A DNA stretch of 64,000 nucleotides, taken from the NCBI GenBank assembly GCA_000320545.1, contig ADNK01003147.1:26101-90100 (forward strand), read 5' to 3'. The notes under the pieces are model-generated. The model saw only the letters and a program-made list of their open reading frames with translations. It made no database searches and had not been told where the DNA came from. Of this stretch, positions 12,485 through 26,044 are shown one piece after another; within the stretch, counting starts at the first letter, position 1; each line of letters begins with the position of its first letter. Made by a program: the position numbers and the translations under genes. Origin of the DNA: Bigelowiella natans CCMP2755. Its lineage: Eukaryota; Protista; Cercozoa.

Positions 12485-12883
12485 AAATATCCGTGAACGT
12501 GCATGTCTGTTGAACGTAAGCTTAGGTTTATTCTTTCTTATTATTTAGGTCTTTCGTTTTTCCGCAAACTTTTATATCGATGCAGAGTTTGATATTGTCG
12601 CGCCATAATCGTCATCATCATAAGTATGCTGCGCGCTTCTTTGTTTCATCTTCTAGTCACCGTCATCAGCATGTCACCGTACTACAGAAGTTAGGCTCAC
12701 CTTAGACTTGTTCTCTTTGAAGATCTTCTCGTGTTGGTTTGCCACACGCAAAACATTGTTAATCGCGTACTGACTGTCCTTTTTGCTTTTCTTATTGTAT
12801 TCGGTTGCCTTCTCAAGATCCTACCCAAGAGTGAGTCATCGTGCAAATGAAATATGCAAATGAGTGAAAATGAGCTCCTGCGT

Positions 12884-12957
<74 letters not shown>

Positions 12958-13693
12958 AGCGCGACCCTTTCAGCTCCAAACTTCCCGTGAATAAGGTTTA
13001 ACGCCAGCAATCCATAGGCTCGTTCCTTTTCATCGATATACTGACTAGAATGACAGAGTCCGTCCTTCTCCTCCAGCTCGGTCGGGGTATGATTGATAGC
13101 TTTTTCGAGCCACTGAGTATCATCATCATCATCATCATCATCATTATCAGCATACCAATCATCGTCGTCGTCGTAATCGTCAGTGTACCATATGCTTTGA
13201 GTTGAAGATGCTATAAAATGTCTAACTACTGCTGTGTCTGCGCGACCGTCATCATCACCACCACAAAACGCACCTGCGACGGCGTCCACGCCATCTTAGC
13301 CTTTGCCTCTTCTTCGGAGACTTTCAACTTCTTAAGATCCTCACTATTGGGTTTCAGCTCGTCTGTTCTTTTTTGAAGATGCATAGCCACCATCACCATA
13401 CCTGGCACGTACTCTCCCATTGCCGACGCAATCTTGTACCTTAGGCACAGCTCATGAGACGGGTTGCCTTGATGGTATATCCATGCGAGATCATACATGG
13501 CCTGGAAGTATGTGTGTGTGTTTGTGTGTGGGTGTGTGTGTGTATGTGTGTGTTTAGCCCGCCTGTGTTGAACAGACTACAATCCCAATGCGGCAAGGCA
13601 AAAAAAAAAAAACAACACAAAATTATGTTCTATCACTCTCTCGTCCAAGTGCTGCTTCTTCTCTACTGATCCAAGCACACTCGTATGTTTATA

Positions 13694-13734
<41 letters not shown>

Positions 13735-13800
13735 TAAAAATATATACTAAAACTTAAGTGTCTATGCTACTCTCCGTCGGGGCAATATGCGTAACATACG

Positions 13801-13859
<59 letters not shown>

Positions 13860-14019
13860 AAATGCATCATACTGCTGGATGGCCATGCTCAGCTGCTTTT
13901 GTGAGAGCCTCGATTGCCTTCTCCTTAAATTCCTTATTCTTCGGGCCCGGGGCAGAGTAGCTGTATTTATGCTTCAGCATGCTGCCTTCTTTGTACAATT
14001 CCGATACATTAGTTCCCAT
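10576..14019 (-). CDS. Sel1-like repeat protein with a divergent C-terminal PARP/ART-like domain
   Basis: Multi-exon. SLR motifs: KAIEALTKAAEHGHPA|AMYDLAWIY, WLEKA, ADGGDAKAMCALAALY, KALEYAKKASETGEVAGLLKYG, YAKKGNCFAQFAYA, YWYKVAEKNG. The last intron 10995-10809 joins ORF 10964..12409 in frame to ORF 10576..10887. Start uncertain. Confidence 0.8.
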
Positions 14020-14211
14020 GATTAATAGTAAGTTGTCCTGTCCTGATAGGAAATCATGAAAATGAGAGGGAGAGTAAAGATCTATAATTGCCGGATATGA
14101 TATGGGAGATATGTAGCCGCATCGTACACACGATGATTGTGACCATGATTCTCACCACAAACACGCCATCATCACAGAAACAACACCAACAACAACAACG
14201 ACAGTATGATC

Positions 14212-14243
<32 letters not shown>

Positions 14244-14710
14244 GGCGCGCGCGCACACAACGCAAACTCCTTAATTTTCCCCTCTCTCGCCCAAAAACAT
14301 CAAAAGACACTTCCAACCGACAAGCAAAAAGGGCTCGCAAAAGAATACCAGAAAACCATGAGAAAGAAACCCCAGCCCAACTCAAACACGCAAGCACACA
14401 CGGAATCACGCACACGCACGCACACGCCTACAGGCTACATGGGCGCATTCACATACAGAGGATATGGGTTTTTCCGCCTGCCCCCTGCGTCCACTGCGCA
14501 AAACGAGTTTAAAAAACTGTTATTTTTTAGTAATTTCACGTTAATAAACACAGTGCGAAAAACGGATTATTTTTTGTAACGACTAGCATTCCTCCGGATT
14601 ACCGGAAATCCATTGATGACCCTTCTACTGCCATGCATTTCCCCTCATTTTGATGCATTGCGACAACGAATAAATGTCTATGGACCCAAGGACTTGTCGC
14701 TTTAGGTAGT

Positions 14711-16322
14711 TTCTCACTTTCGGAGACTGGAATGATTGGTTTGATCGCATTGTTGCTTTCCTTGCGTCAAAGAAATCGGGATGTCGCACAGTTGAGAATG
14801 GCTCTGTGTTTTCCCTGCGAGTCGACTTCCTCTGGGCCTGCTAGCCAGAGCGTCTCAGGTGCACGCCACCAACAGGTTGTGCTTGCACACATGCACACAC
14901 CTGTCTCCCATGTGGTTCTGGCGCATGTTCATTCAACTCTTTGGGCCCGCGTCTCATCACAGGATCATTGGACTAGTTGGCAATGCTTGGAAACGTTTTT
15001 CAGCGATCTGGCACATGCAAGACGGATGCAATTGATCAAGGGGGATTCACTCCCAAGGGTTTTGGTCCGTGTCATGCTCGGAATCCAATCCAAACTTCTT
15101 CCGAAGCACCACAGAAGACTTCTGGACGTGTGAAAAGGTCCAGAATTGTCCAGATGGGGGTGCAAAAAAGTGGATTTTCAAGGAAAAAAATCGAGGGCAA
15201 AAACTTTGGGTGCCGCGGAAAGGGTCCACTTTGCGTGTTGGCTCAAAAAAACATGCTCAGAGGCCGTGTCAACAGCAACTCCATCACCTCCAGAAGTTCC
15301 ACTCCAAAGTTCGCAAAATTGAACGTTTCCGCGCCAAAAAGGTGCTTTTTTTTTGTGGTTTTGACTTTTGTGAGTTTTCGATGTGTGGCTCCTAGCGGCC
15401 TGCACGGTGCCGATGCGGCAATCAATGAAGCTGGATGTGATGCGCTAATCGCAGCTCCAGAGCTGCTTGGGATTGGACGCACGAGCAAGACGTGTGGGCA
15501 CGATGGCGCACACTGGCACACTTTGTGCGTGCCCAGCGCGTGCGCACGCAAGCACTCACAGCTTCCCACTCTGATGCACACTTGTCACTTGATCATCAAA
15601 TTGAAGCTAGACACGTCGCGACGTCGCGCACGACTGGATGATCGACGCTGCGCACGTGATCAGTCACACACGCTGGTGCACACATCGATGGGAAGGGCGG
15701 GAATGATGAACAATGAATGATGAACAAAGCATTGATCAAATCTGCATGCGCCAGGGAAGTGGGTTGGGCACATCTGAGACATCCCAGTGACTCGATGCCA
15801 AGAGTTCCGCCAATGTGCATCTTGGGCAATTTCACTGGACACTTTGTGGATGGTTTTTGAAGAAAACATTGAGGAATTTGAACAAAATTTGCATTTTTTT
15901 GGGTGAAATCGAAAAAATTTTCCCGGCTGACGCCGGGGCAAAACCGCCGAGCATGACACGGACCAAAACCCTTGGGAGTGAACCCCCCTTGGCAATTGAT
16001 GTCAATCAAATTTGTTCAATGGCCATGCTCAATGTAGCTGTGCTTGTGTGCAATGCAGCGGCTACAGCGCTAATGTTGAACCCATTCAATGTGCACACAC
16101 GTGATGCGTTCAATTGCAAGTGGCATGCACACTGCTACCAGCACCACACCAGCTAGCCAGCACGCACGGACAGCCTCTCATGACAGATGAGAGTGAAAGT
16201 TGCGAAGGCGCCTGCATGCGATGCTGCACACGCAAAGGCATGTTTGCGTGTCTGCGATGTAGATCGATGCAAAACATCACTCGCAACTTTAGCAAGCACT
16301 GCGGACGAGCACAAGATGCATG
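14711..16322. other. TpA-depleted intergenic island 2
   Basis: 12 TpA in 1612 nt by hand count, all in CTA/TAG and 10 in GCTA/TAGC. Confidence 0.95.
15037..15991. mobile_element. Non-autonomous DNA transposon (MITE), 45-bp TIRs, 9-bp TSD (Mutator-like by TSD length)
   Basis: TIR caagggggattcactcccaagggttttggtccgtgtcatgctcgg at 15037-15081, with its reverse complement (1 mismatch) at 15947-15991. Direct repeat gcaattgat at 15028-15036 and 15992-16000. No transposase ORF. Confidence 0.9.
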
Positions 16323-16481
16323 GTAATTTGGAACAACCGCGCGCACGGCAAAATTGTGAAATGCATGCAATGTATCATTGTCTCTTGATGCTAATTATCA
16401 GTTTCTTTATCGATTCTGTACAGGTTACTCTCATGGTCATTTGTCAACGCTCACAAAACCAATTTAACGGGTGAGTAGTGA

Positions 16482-17520
16482 TTAAGAGTCTTCGAAGCAG
16501 ATGTAATCTGCAAGAATGTGTGCTGTTCCAGTGCAAGGTCCTGAGCACCACCACTCGAAAGAGAATCCTCTTGCGTCTTTCGGGGAAAAGACACGCATGT
16601 CCTCATTTCTGCCTTGATAAAACCCTCCCCTATGTCCGGAGAAACAATTGGCTGTGGGGGGGGGGAGGTGTCCCCCGCAGTCTTCGGCCTTCCAAGTGTA
16701 GGAAATCGTATTCTGCCCCGCATCCCAGAAAAACTTATAGCACTTGTAGATCTTCCATGGGCTCTGGTCTCTGTGTCTCAGCTTCGGACAGACGTAATGT
16801 ACCTTAGCAGAGAGAGGAAGCAAGGGCGGGTATAAATAAGAACGATGATGATTATGGGCGTTTGGAAGTAAACTGTACGGTATGGATGCAGCGGCTCATA
16901 CGTGTCGCACGAACGCATTCACTGCCTCCCACAGACGAATACAAACCATATTTTATATGGAAAATAAATACTTTTAATATAGAGCAATAATGATGACTCA
17001 TCGACCCGTTCTCTCTCATCCTTTACTTCACAACAACCCTGTTGTTGTTTCCACCACCCGCGTCTCTGGCCGCCCCCTCCCGCTCACACTACCCCTCGAA
17101 ACGCAAAGGCAATGCACAATTACAACATCATCTCACGGCACCTCAGCGTTGATATTCGCGCTGCATCCGGGGCACTGCCATTTGATAGTTGTTGCTTGCT
17201 CGTAACGTAACACCTCCCATTGCTTGTCTCTCCCACTCTGCGACCTCTGCCCGAAAACAGCAAGGCAGTCTCGCCCATTGAATGGAGGCAGTTTCCCCCC
17301 GCACTCCGCGCTAGTGAAGGTGTGGGATTTGGTGGTGGCTCCTGAGTAGGCCCGAGTAGACTTACATCGGAAGAAGCTGAAATCGGATGTGAGGCGCGAG
17401 TTGGACGCAGGGCACAAGTAATCGGTGGCTAGGTTGGTACTAGCTGCGGCGGAATTCATCCACCATTTCATGCGTGGAGGATTCACGTACGCACGGAAGT
17501 CTTCGTCTTCGCCTGCGAAT

Positions 17521-17561
<41 letters not shown>

Positions 17562-17653
17562 TGATTATGATCGTTTTGTAGAATAGCAGCAGGGTGAGGG
17601 GTTGCAAGCGTTTTCAGTGCTGATGTGACAACTCCTTCTGAATGAGTGGAGGC

Positions 17654-17700
<47 letters not shown>

Positions 17701-19882
17701 GGGAGGCGGGGAGGGGGAAGGAAGTATTCGGTTTCTTCAACTCCAAAAGCTTTGTAAAGAAAAAGAAATATGACAAATTCCCAAACGGTGCGTATAATCG
17801 ACTCTCTCTTCGCACACTGTATGAGTTATCTCTGTTGGCACCTGATTGTCGCGCCTCTTTTATCCCAATAACACACGACGTGGAGCTCCATGAGCGAGGT
17901 CCTCCTGTGCAGTTGGGGAAACAACACGCGAATTTGAAATCATGTGCAATTTCGAAAAAACTCGTACAAAATCTTGCTCATCCTTATCACCATCGTTGTC
18001 TATATCTATATTGCGAACAGCATCATACACGCGCACAACAGTCTCTAGATTTCAGATCGAAGCAAAACACGAGATCTCTCCCCCATAAACTAATCAAGCG
18101 GCAAAAGGTCTATAATGGCAAAACTGGCAAGCATAAACTAAACAATTCCTTCCAGCTGCGGAGAGCAAAAAAACGTCGCGTAATGAAGACTTACCACAGT
18201 CTGCATCGGTAAAGGTATATGTAACTCCTCGGTACGTGCCCCCCCCACCATAGCTCGCAGGAGCTTTGCAATGATGCAGCTGCTTGAGCTCCTCGACGCT
18301 ATCGACCGCCTCTTTTGCAATCTTTCCAGAGCACGCAAGGTACTTATACAAAGCATCAGCATCGTGCACGATGCTCCCTGTGCGCGAGGAGCTAGAGCCG
18401 GTTAGCCAACTTTCAAGCTCGTACTTGCCGACAGCAGTCTTCGCCTTCACTGGCTTTATCGTGGCGAGGTGGGGGAGGTTGGCGAGCACCGGAAACTGGA
18501 CCGTAGGGTCCACTGGCGGCGTGAGCGCGTATATCTCCACCTTGCTCACTACAATTCTATTAGGCCCGGGCATGCCCCCCCCATAATTCACTGTTGACCC
18601 AAACGAGTACCACCATTTCGTGGCATGGTTATTTGAAGAACCACTCATCATAGTGGAAGAGCCAACGTTATATTGAAGCCCCCCCCAGTACTCTCCCGTG
18701 TAGGGTACACTATCAGCTTGGTAGCCTGTTACCCCCCTTGAACGCTTGATGAAGGGATTTGATGTTTGATACCAGATCTGCGGCTTGAGGTCATGCCCTG
18801 GCCAAATCATCTTCAGCCATAGTCGTCCGTCCGGCATGCGGTAGGTCTCGAGCTGATCGAAGATCGCGTAATTCGCGGCATTTGGGTTACCGGCGTTGAG
18901 CGAGAAGGTGGTTATGCTCGGCCACAAGCTTGCGGTATTGAAAGTTTGGCGCCCGATAAGAACCTCGCTGCCGTGCGTAATTGTCCACGACCACCCGTCT
19001 TTATCCTGAATCGTCAGAGGGTGGTAGTATTCTTGCAGTCTCCAGTGATGAATCTTTGGCGCCGAGATCTCCACCAACGCTTGCTCTTCCGTGAGCTTTA
19101 AGGAGCCTTCTGTCATTGCTTGCCACATCTTGTGCGTGAAAAACGTGTCCTTCGTCTCCTTAGGAAATTCCGGATCGTTCTGCATGCCGTACCAGTCGCC
19201 CTCCCAGACATATCGCCCCGCTTCTTTCGCGGGAACATCCTCTGGATTGTTGAATAGCTTATCAAAATCATCCGCCCATTGCAGCTGTGCGCACCCGCGC
19301 TGCCGTCCGGCAAACCCGCCGTAGTAGTCGTCAATGGAGATCTGTGACACCGACACGTGCGTGTTCCTCCCGACGAAGAGGAACTCGATCTTGCCCGAGC
19401 TATCCGTGGTGGCGACGCCGTGGATCATCTGCTGGTTCTTGCAATGCGAGGCGACGATGTACTTGTTCGGCCCGCCGTTGATTTTGAGCTCATTGGTCCC
19501 GCAAGGGTACCACCCTGGAGATACGCCAGCTGTGCAGTAGTTCCAGATGTGATAGTGATACCTGGATCGGGGGGGGGACGGTGATAGCGAAGATTAGAAC
19601 GCTTCCTTCATTAGGAATGAGACTATAGAGATTGTACGTGCGTGACTGCGTGACTATATTGTCGCGAGTGGTGGGGTGTGTGGCAAGCTCGCATCGTGTG
19701 CATGAATAAGGGTGGGAGGGGCCGTAGAGCTCTTCCTGTTTTTTTGAAGTTAGAAACGCACTTAAATTCTACTATTATAATATATTATCTATGTTTGATT
19801 TATACACACACACACACACAAACATATATATATATATATATAATTTTGTGTATTTTAACATATCATACTATATCAAACCAAC

Positions 19883-19924
<42 letters not shown>

Positions 19925-20615
19925 AACACACACACGCACGCGCGCGACATACGCACATGCATTCTAAGTGTAAAAAGCTAAATAATAGGTGCGTGATAAG
20001 GACGGGACGAAGGCATCATACCTTTTGCTTGGCTTTAACCCTGAAACCGTAGCTTTGTTGTCACTACCAGGGCCGGATAAGAACCCGTCTTGATAGTTGC
20101 GCGTATGGCTCCATCCGACTAGTTTTAGTGTCGCCTCTCTCGACGTGTACGTAAACGTCGTGGAGCTACTAAAATGTGTGTTTCCTCGATTTCCAAGGTA
20201 AAAATTATAGTAGTAATGCGTGCCGCGCGTGCTTGTGCACTCGAGGTATCTCCCTCTGTCAATCCCTATAGCACTGACGGCAGTGTGGCCTCCTCCATTT
20301 CTATCGAAGTAGAAGATAATCTCGCCTTTTTCGTTCGCATTAACGTACCCAGTCGCGGACGGTATGTCGCAGGGAGAAGTGCTCGTAGTGAACCAGTGGT
20401 TGTTGTTGATCCGCATCTTCATCTTCTTGTTTGCGTGGGTTACCGCGTATTGAAAGACTGCGAACTCGTATTCCGCGTTGGGTTGGAGATTGTAGATCTT
20501 GACCTGAGCCTCCCCGTTGGTGTTACGAAGATACCCTTTGTGATATCCCCTGGGAGGAGGAGGGTGAAAATAAGTCAGTTACTTTTATCTGTATATAATA
20601 CCGACGTGATGATAT

Positions 20616-20658
<43 letters not shown>

Positions 20659-20780
20659 CTCTCTCTCCTTTCCCATTCCCACCGCACCTATACATATATA
20701 CATTGTGATACAAATAATATATATATATATATATATATATATTATACAAAACATAAAACACAAACAAAAACAAGAAAACA

Positions 20781-20829
<49 letters not shown>

Positions 20830-21146
20830 AGAGAGAGGGGGGGAGGGGGGGTAGAGAGAGGTTCGGCTCTATAGCATCACACTAACAAGTAGGAAATCCT
20901 CTCAGTCTCTCCTATAATACCTTAGATGCGTCCAACCGTACAAAGCAGCTCTTTCCTGTTTCCCCCCCCCCCCTGCATACTGACTAAAATGATAATACGT
21001 CGTGGTGACTCCCAAATTAGAGTTTTTCAGTCCCTCCTCTGCAAAGTCAAAGATGAACTCAAAGTCTTGTAGCTTCTTGAAATCGAGTTGCTTTTCCTCG
21101 TCGCAGTTCAGCACCGTGCATGCATTCGATCCGCCCTGTGTGGGGT

Positions 21147-21196
<50 letters not shown>

Positions 21197-21783
21197 CGAG
21201 AAAGGGAGGGGGATAAAAAATGGGAGGTGAGAACACCACCAAATGCGAATCATGGCTCGCACTTCGTCAGAAAACCTCTCGACACCCACACACACGCATT
21301 CCATACATCTAACGTATCATCTGATGCACCTCGATCGTTCATTTTCAAAACAGAACCCAACAAAAATTAAAACAAAATAAAATAGTCGAAATAGTCGCCT
21401 TCCCCCCCCCCGGCCCACCCGTATTGCCCATCCTGGACACGCTGTGTCGTGGGGTACAAGGCCTGATCCTTCCATTGTTATCGGGACGAATTGGTATGGG
21501 GCATAGCCGGGATATTGCCCAAATTTGCAGTCTTTGTCATTATTTGAAGCGCATTCAATTCTTGATTTGATTGTTGGATGACATCGTCCAGCCACCCCTG
21601 AGCCAGTATCTAGATAGTACCATTGCTCGTTTGCTGCCGAGCAGACGCCTGGTACTCCTTCTGGCTCTAACCCGATATAGGAGAGCACCATGTGCCCCCC
21701 CCCTCTCTGGGTAAAGGTGAAGGTCAACTTCCCAGTTGAGTCCGACCTGCCAACACACACACACACACAAACACACACACAAT

Positions 21784-21828
<45 letters not shown>

Positions 21829-23584
21829 TTGTAAATACGCACATTGTCGTCCCCGTATATGTAGCCTCGCCCATATTCCTATTAGTCCTTATGGCAGAGA
21901 CTTTTGGGAGCCCTCCTAAGAAGACGCGTGATGGGATCAAAAAACAAAGTATTAGCTAGCTAACACCTATCGCATGTTCCAACGCTATGCGAAACGTGCG
22001 CAAACACAGGAAATGTGCTGACACTGACCAGCTTGAATGTCTGACTCGTAGTAGGCCTGACCGCCGTTGTTATACTGGAAGATGTGAAAAATATATCGTT
22101 TGCTAGTTTGGAGACCAGAGATCACCGCCGTTCCAGTGCCTGACGAGTCTCGATACCGACCGAGATGGTAGCTGGCGTGCTTTGTAAAGCCTGTGAGAGC
22201 AAGCTTGTCAACCTGCCCAGTGACTGGAGAGTTATGGCTTGTCGTCGCACCTGACGTTGTCCCTGTATAGCTACTCAAATCGAAGTAAATGGGGAACCGC
22301 CGTTGCTCGCCGGTTCCCACAAGACAGCGGCACTCTTTGGTGATGCCCGGTGCAGGATTTCCAAACTCGCCACTCGTACAAGAGATGGAGGTTTGACTGT
22401 GCTTGACCTTCAGCTTGCCTTGGTCGATGGCTGACCTTATCGAGTCCGCAGGATTGAGGTAGAACACCGGCCCCGAGCAGCTGCAAGTTCCCCCTTCATT
22501 TGCACATTTAAACGAGACGATGGAATCGATGTGGAGCATTCGATAGACCCCATTCTGTGACCCCCCTCCCACCTTTGTCAAAGTTCCCCAATAGCCGGGT
22601 ATTCGCTTGACTTTCGCGTCTACGCCGGCAATCGTGGTACGTTTCGAGTAGAAATTCGTGTTTAAATCCGAGAAATCGCCCGAGATGGCGTGGTAGAAAT
22701 GCGGTCCATTGCTAACAGCGCCATCCTGAACGGCAAATAACCCATCCGTGGCAGACTTGGACTCGAAGTAAGCGACGGCGTGATCCATTTGGGATTTGTA
22801 GCACTCCTCCGTGGTGCACCTTCCCGACTTAGCGCGAGTCATAATCCTGGCGCTGGTGGAATCCTGGTAGATTCCATCGAAGACAAACAGCCAATTCGTC
22901 GAGCACGCTACTTCAGGCACATATGCGTAGATGTCGTAGTAATCATAGTGTGCAATGCCACAGGAGGTCCCTGCGCCGAGGCCAGCGTAAGTCTTGGTCG
23001 GTTCTCGTCGGAGCTGAAACGCTCCGTATCGATTCCCCCCTCCGTTCCGGCTATGCCAGAAATTTGCGGCCTGATTGTCGCAACGAGATGTCCTCCTATC
23101 GTTCTTCATGTTTCCTAGATCTTCCCACAAGTCTCCTGGCCCAGGGCTGTAGACGTAAAGGCCGGAATCCATTACTCCCGAATTACAGCGACTGGCGTCA
23201 TTTCCTAGGATGTTCCAGCAAGAAGCAGCGCCATAAAACCTCTGCTTGTACTTTATCTTGGTCCACTTCTGCAGATTGCTAACACGAATGTAGTGCATGG
23301 AATCGGCTCCAGGGTTGCCACAACCTGGGTTTTGACCAGTAACTGCGATCTTCACACCGCCACTGCTGCTTTGGTATGCAGTAGTTGATCCACAGTTTTT
23401 TTGCCAGACGATATGCGAGTACTGCACGTGCACCCATTGTGAGGAGGTCAAGCATTGGGGAAAGACGTCCACCTCCCGGTAGTTCCTAACGTCTCCATGG
23501 AGGATGTGCGCCGCGCTTGTGTAGTGGCCAGAGTTGACGTAAGTTGCTGTGTGGGCCTTCAAAGCGCATCTGTGTAAGGGTTAC

Positions 23585-23618
<34 letters not shown>

Positions 23619-24143
23619 ATGTGTGCGCGTCTGCGGGTGCGTGCGTATTGCGGATGGAGAGAGGCAGAGAGAGTGAGAGAGGGCGGGGGAGAGAGGGAGA
23701 ATGAGGATTTAAAACCAGAATTCTATCAAAATCTACTCTCCTGAGATTACTCACTGTGCTGTGGTGTATGAAGTTGTGCATTTCGGAGCCGAAGTGTCGC
23801 CGTTTACGTGGATACTTAAACATCGGTCTCGTTTCTTCACTGTAATCGTATACCTGGAGAACCAAAACAAAGTTCATCAAGTCTTTTCGATGCTGTCTAC
23901 TCGACTATCCACCAATTGCAACTTACCATGTGTTCACGCTGAGCTTAGAAGCAGTTTTTACATCGCCCATGCATCTGCCATGGCCTCCAACATTACCGGC
24001 AGAGATGTAGTAAAAACCGACCCTCCCTGAAATTGTATATCGTGAGATTTAATTATAGAATTTTAAATATATATAAATATATAAATATACATGTATACAA
24101 TTTTATATATCCCAAAAGACTCCATGTATCATGCATATTTCAT

Positions 24144-24200
<57 letters not shown>

Positions 24201-24426
24201 ACGAAAGTTAAATTAACACAAAATATTGGATGTAGATAATTCATGCAAATATTCATATTGAGTATTCGTGGGAAAGAGATATTACAAGAACACTCTTGCA
24301 CATGTAGAGTATTATAAAACTTTGACGTTTCATAACCGCTGGTTAAATTCACCTTTGTTAGCGCCATAGGCTGGTCCCATTCCATGAAAAAAAATGACAT
24401 TGTTCCCTGCATGATTAATGCATGTG

Positions 24427-24474
<48 letters not shown>

Positions 24475-24819
24475 TCTCTAGGCTTGCAAAACAACATAGA
24501 TAACACCGATAAATATCATATAATATCATATACATATATTATTAGTGTATAATATGTTTGTGTGTGTGTGTGCAAAATAAAGAGAAGGCGTGGGAAGCAG
24601 ACTAGGAGAAGGGAGGCACAGAGAGAACATTTATTTTGGTAAAAAAAGAGAACTACAGGTACTTATAAGAAGAAAGGCAAAAAAAAATTCTATGTATACC
24701 ATATAAGGAAGAGAAGAAGAGGCTTAAAAATACACATACCGCTCTCCGTAGATACAATCATGGGATAATTGTTGTTGAAATCGGTGAATTTAACCTCCAG
24801 TTCGAGTGTAAACTAGATG

Positions 24820-24863
<44 letters not shown>

Positions 24864-25095
24864 ATTTACGAGGGTCTGTTCGCACGCGCGGGTGTACAAA
24901 TGTACACAGGAAGAGAGTGTTTTCATTTTTCAATCGAAACACTAAAAAACACACATCAAGTAGTTGTATTTTGGGAATAGTAGCGGGTAAACTTACATCG
25001 ACAAGGTTTTCTATTTTAGGGTATTTCGAGTTCCTTGAAATGCTCTGTGCCTCGAGAGGCAAGGCCAAAAGAAACGCTAGAATCCACCGAGCCAT
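16482..25095 (-). CDS. Large secreted mosaic protein (lectin-like and fibrinogen-like modules, repeated beta modules, C-terminal Cys repeats)
   Basis: Signal peptide MARWILAFLLALPLEA at 25095. Long coding exons lie in ORFs 21985..23562, 21317..21940, 19964..20422, 18094..19428, 17133..17486 and 16482..16823. Motifs CANEGGTCSCSGPVFY..SCTSGEFGNPAPGITKECRC and WYQTSNP..VTGY..WGGL..WWYSFG..GGMPGP..VEIY. Not every junction was resolved. Confidence 0.75.
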
Positions 25096-26044
25096 GATGA
25101 TCTCTAATGAGAAGAAGTCGCGAGAGATGCAATCAGCAGAACAATTTTGTCACATTTCATTTGTATGGGTTGAGCCGCAGCTTGTATACCTCTCCGCATC
25201 CTTCTTTAGTGCATGCCAAAGAACGCGACTTTCTTATAGGTCCCAGTCAGGGGCATTCGAGGTGGAATGGAGATCAAGCCCGCATGGACTCCACCTTCGT
25301 GGAGCCGGTGATATCGAGATTTTATAAATGCGACTTAATACAATCTTTGTCGCTTATCAATATTGTCCAGTATTTCTCATAAATGAGACACCTGCATGAC
25401 GAAGTGACATTGGAATTCAGATTCAAAACTTCGTTTGGAAGCTCGGAGGATCGTTCTTATTATGTACTTACGACACAATCTGAATGATCTCAGAATGATA
25501 ATATACCATGTTTTTGCATGTATTTCTTTATATGATGTACTCTCAAAATTAGTATTAAAGCTGAATTATTCCAACATTGGGGATGAGGGATGCGAGCACC
25601 AGTAACGGCTTGCTTAATACCGCGTAAATACCGTCGTAATTCACGCGTTTTGCGCAAAATCGGTCAAAAAAACATGGATTGATCTAGATCTAGACCTAGT
25701 TTAGAGTGTGACAGGCCTTATTAGATCTATCGCAGAAATCGTTTTCGGGCATGCAGTGTAACGAGACATCACTTTTCGGCCATCGTCAGTTAGATCTACA
25801 CACCTATCTAAATGCGCAAGCAGGGAGAATGCGAAAAATATTTTCAAGGAGGGCGTTAGACAGGAGGAGGAAGAGGACAGCCTTCTACGATATATCTAAC
25901 CGCAAATATCATGTCGCAATTGTGTAATTGCCGGCATTACATAATTTCAAAAACATCTCCAAACATCTCCCTAAGAATCTACAGGCCTGGACCACTTCTC
26001 GAGACTTCCCTGCGCAACAACCATCGTGGTCATCTAACTAGACA

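Noticed and set aside
9121-16322. CpG-methylation decay or fungal RIP as the cause of the TG/CA-rich islands
   Set aside because: CpG remains common in the islands, and TpA, the product of RIP, is the missing dinucleotide.
14732-16474. Many overlapping 60-250 aa ORFs rich in His/Cys/Met (also at 9-10, 27-29, 53 and 63 kb)
   Set aside because: Loss of TpA removes TAA and most TAG stops in all six frames, which inflates ORF length. No domain signal.
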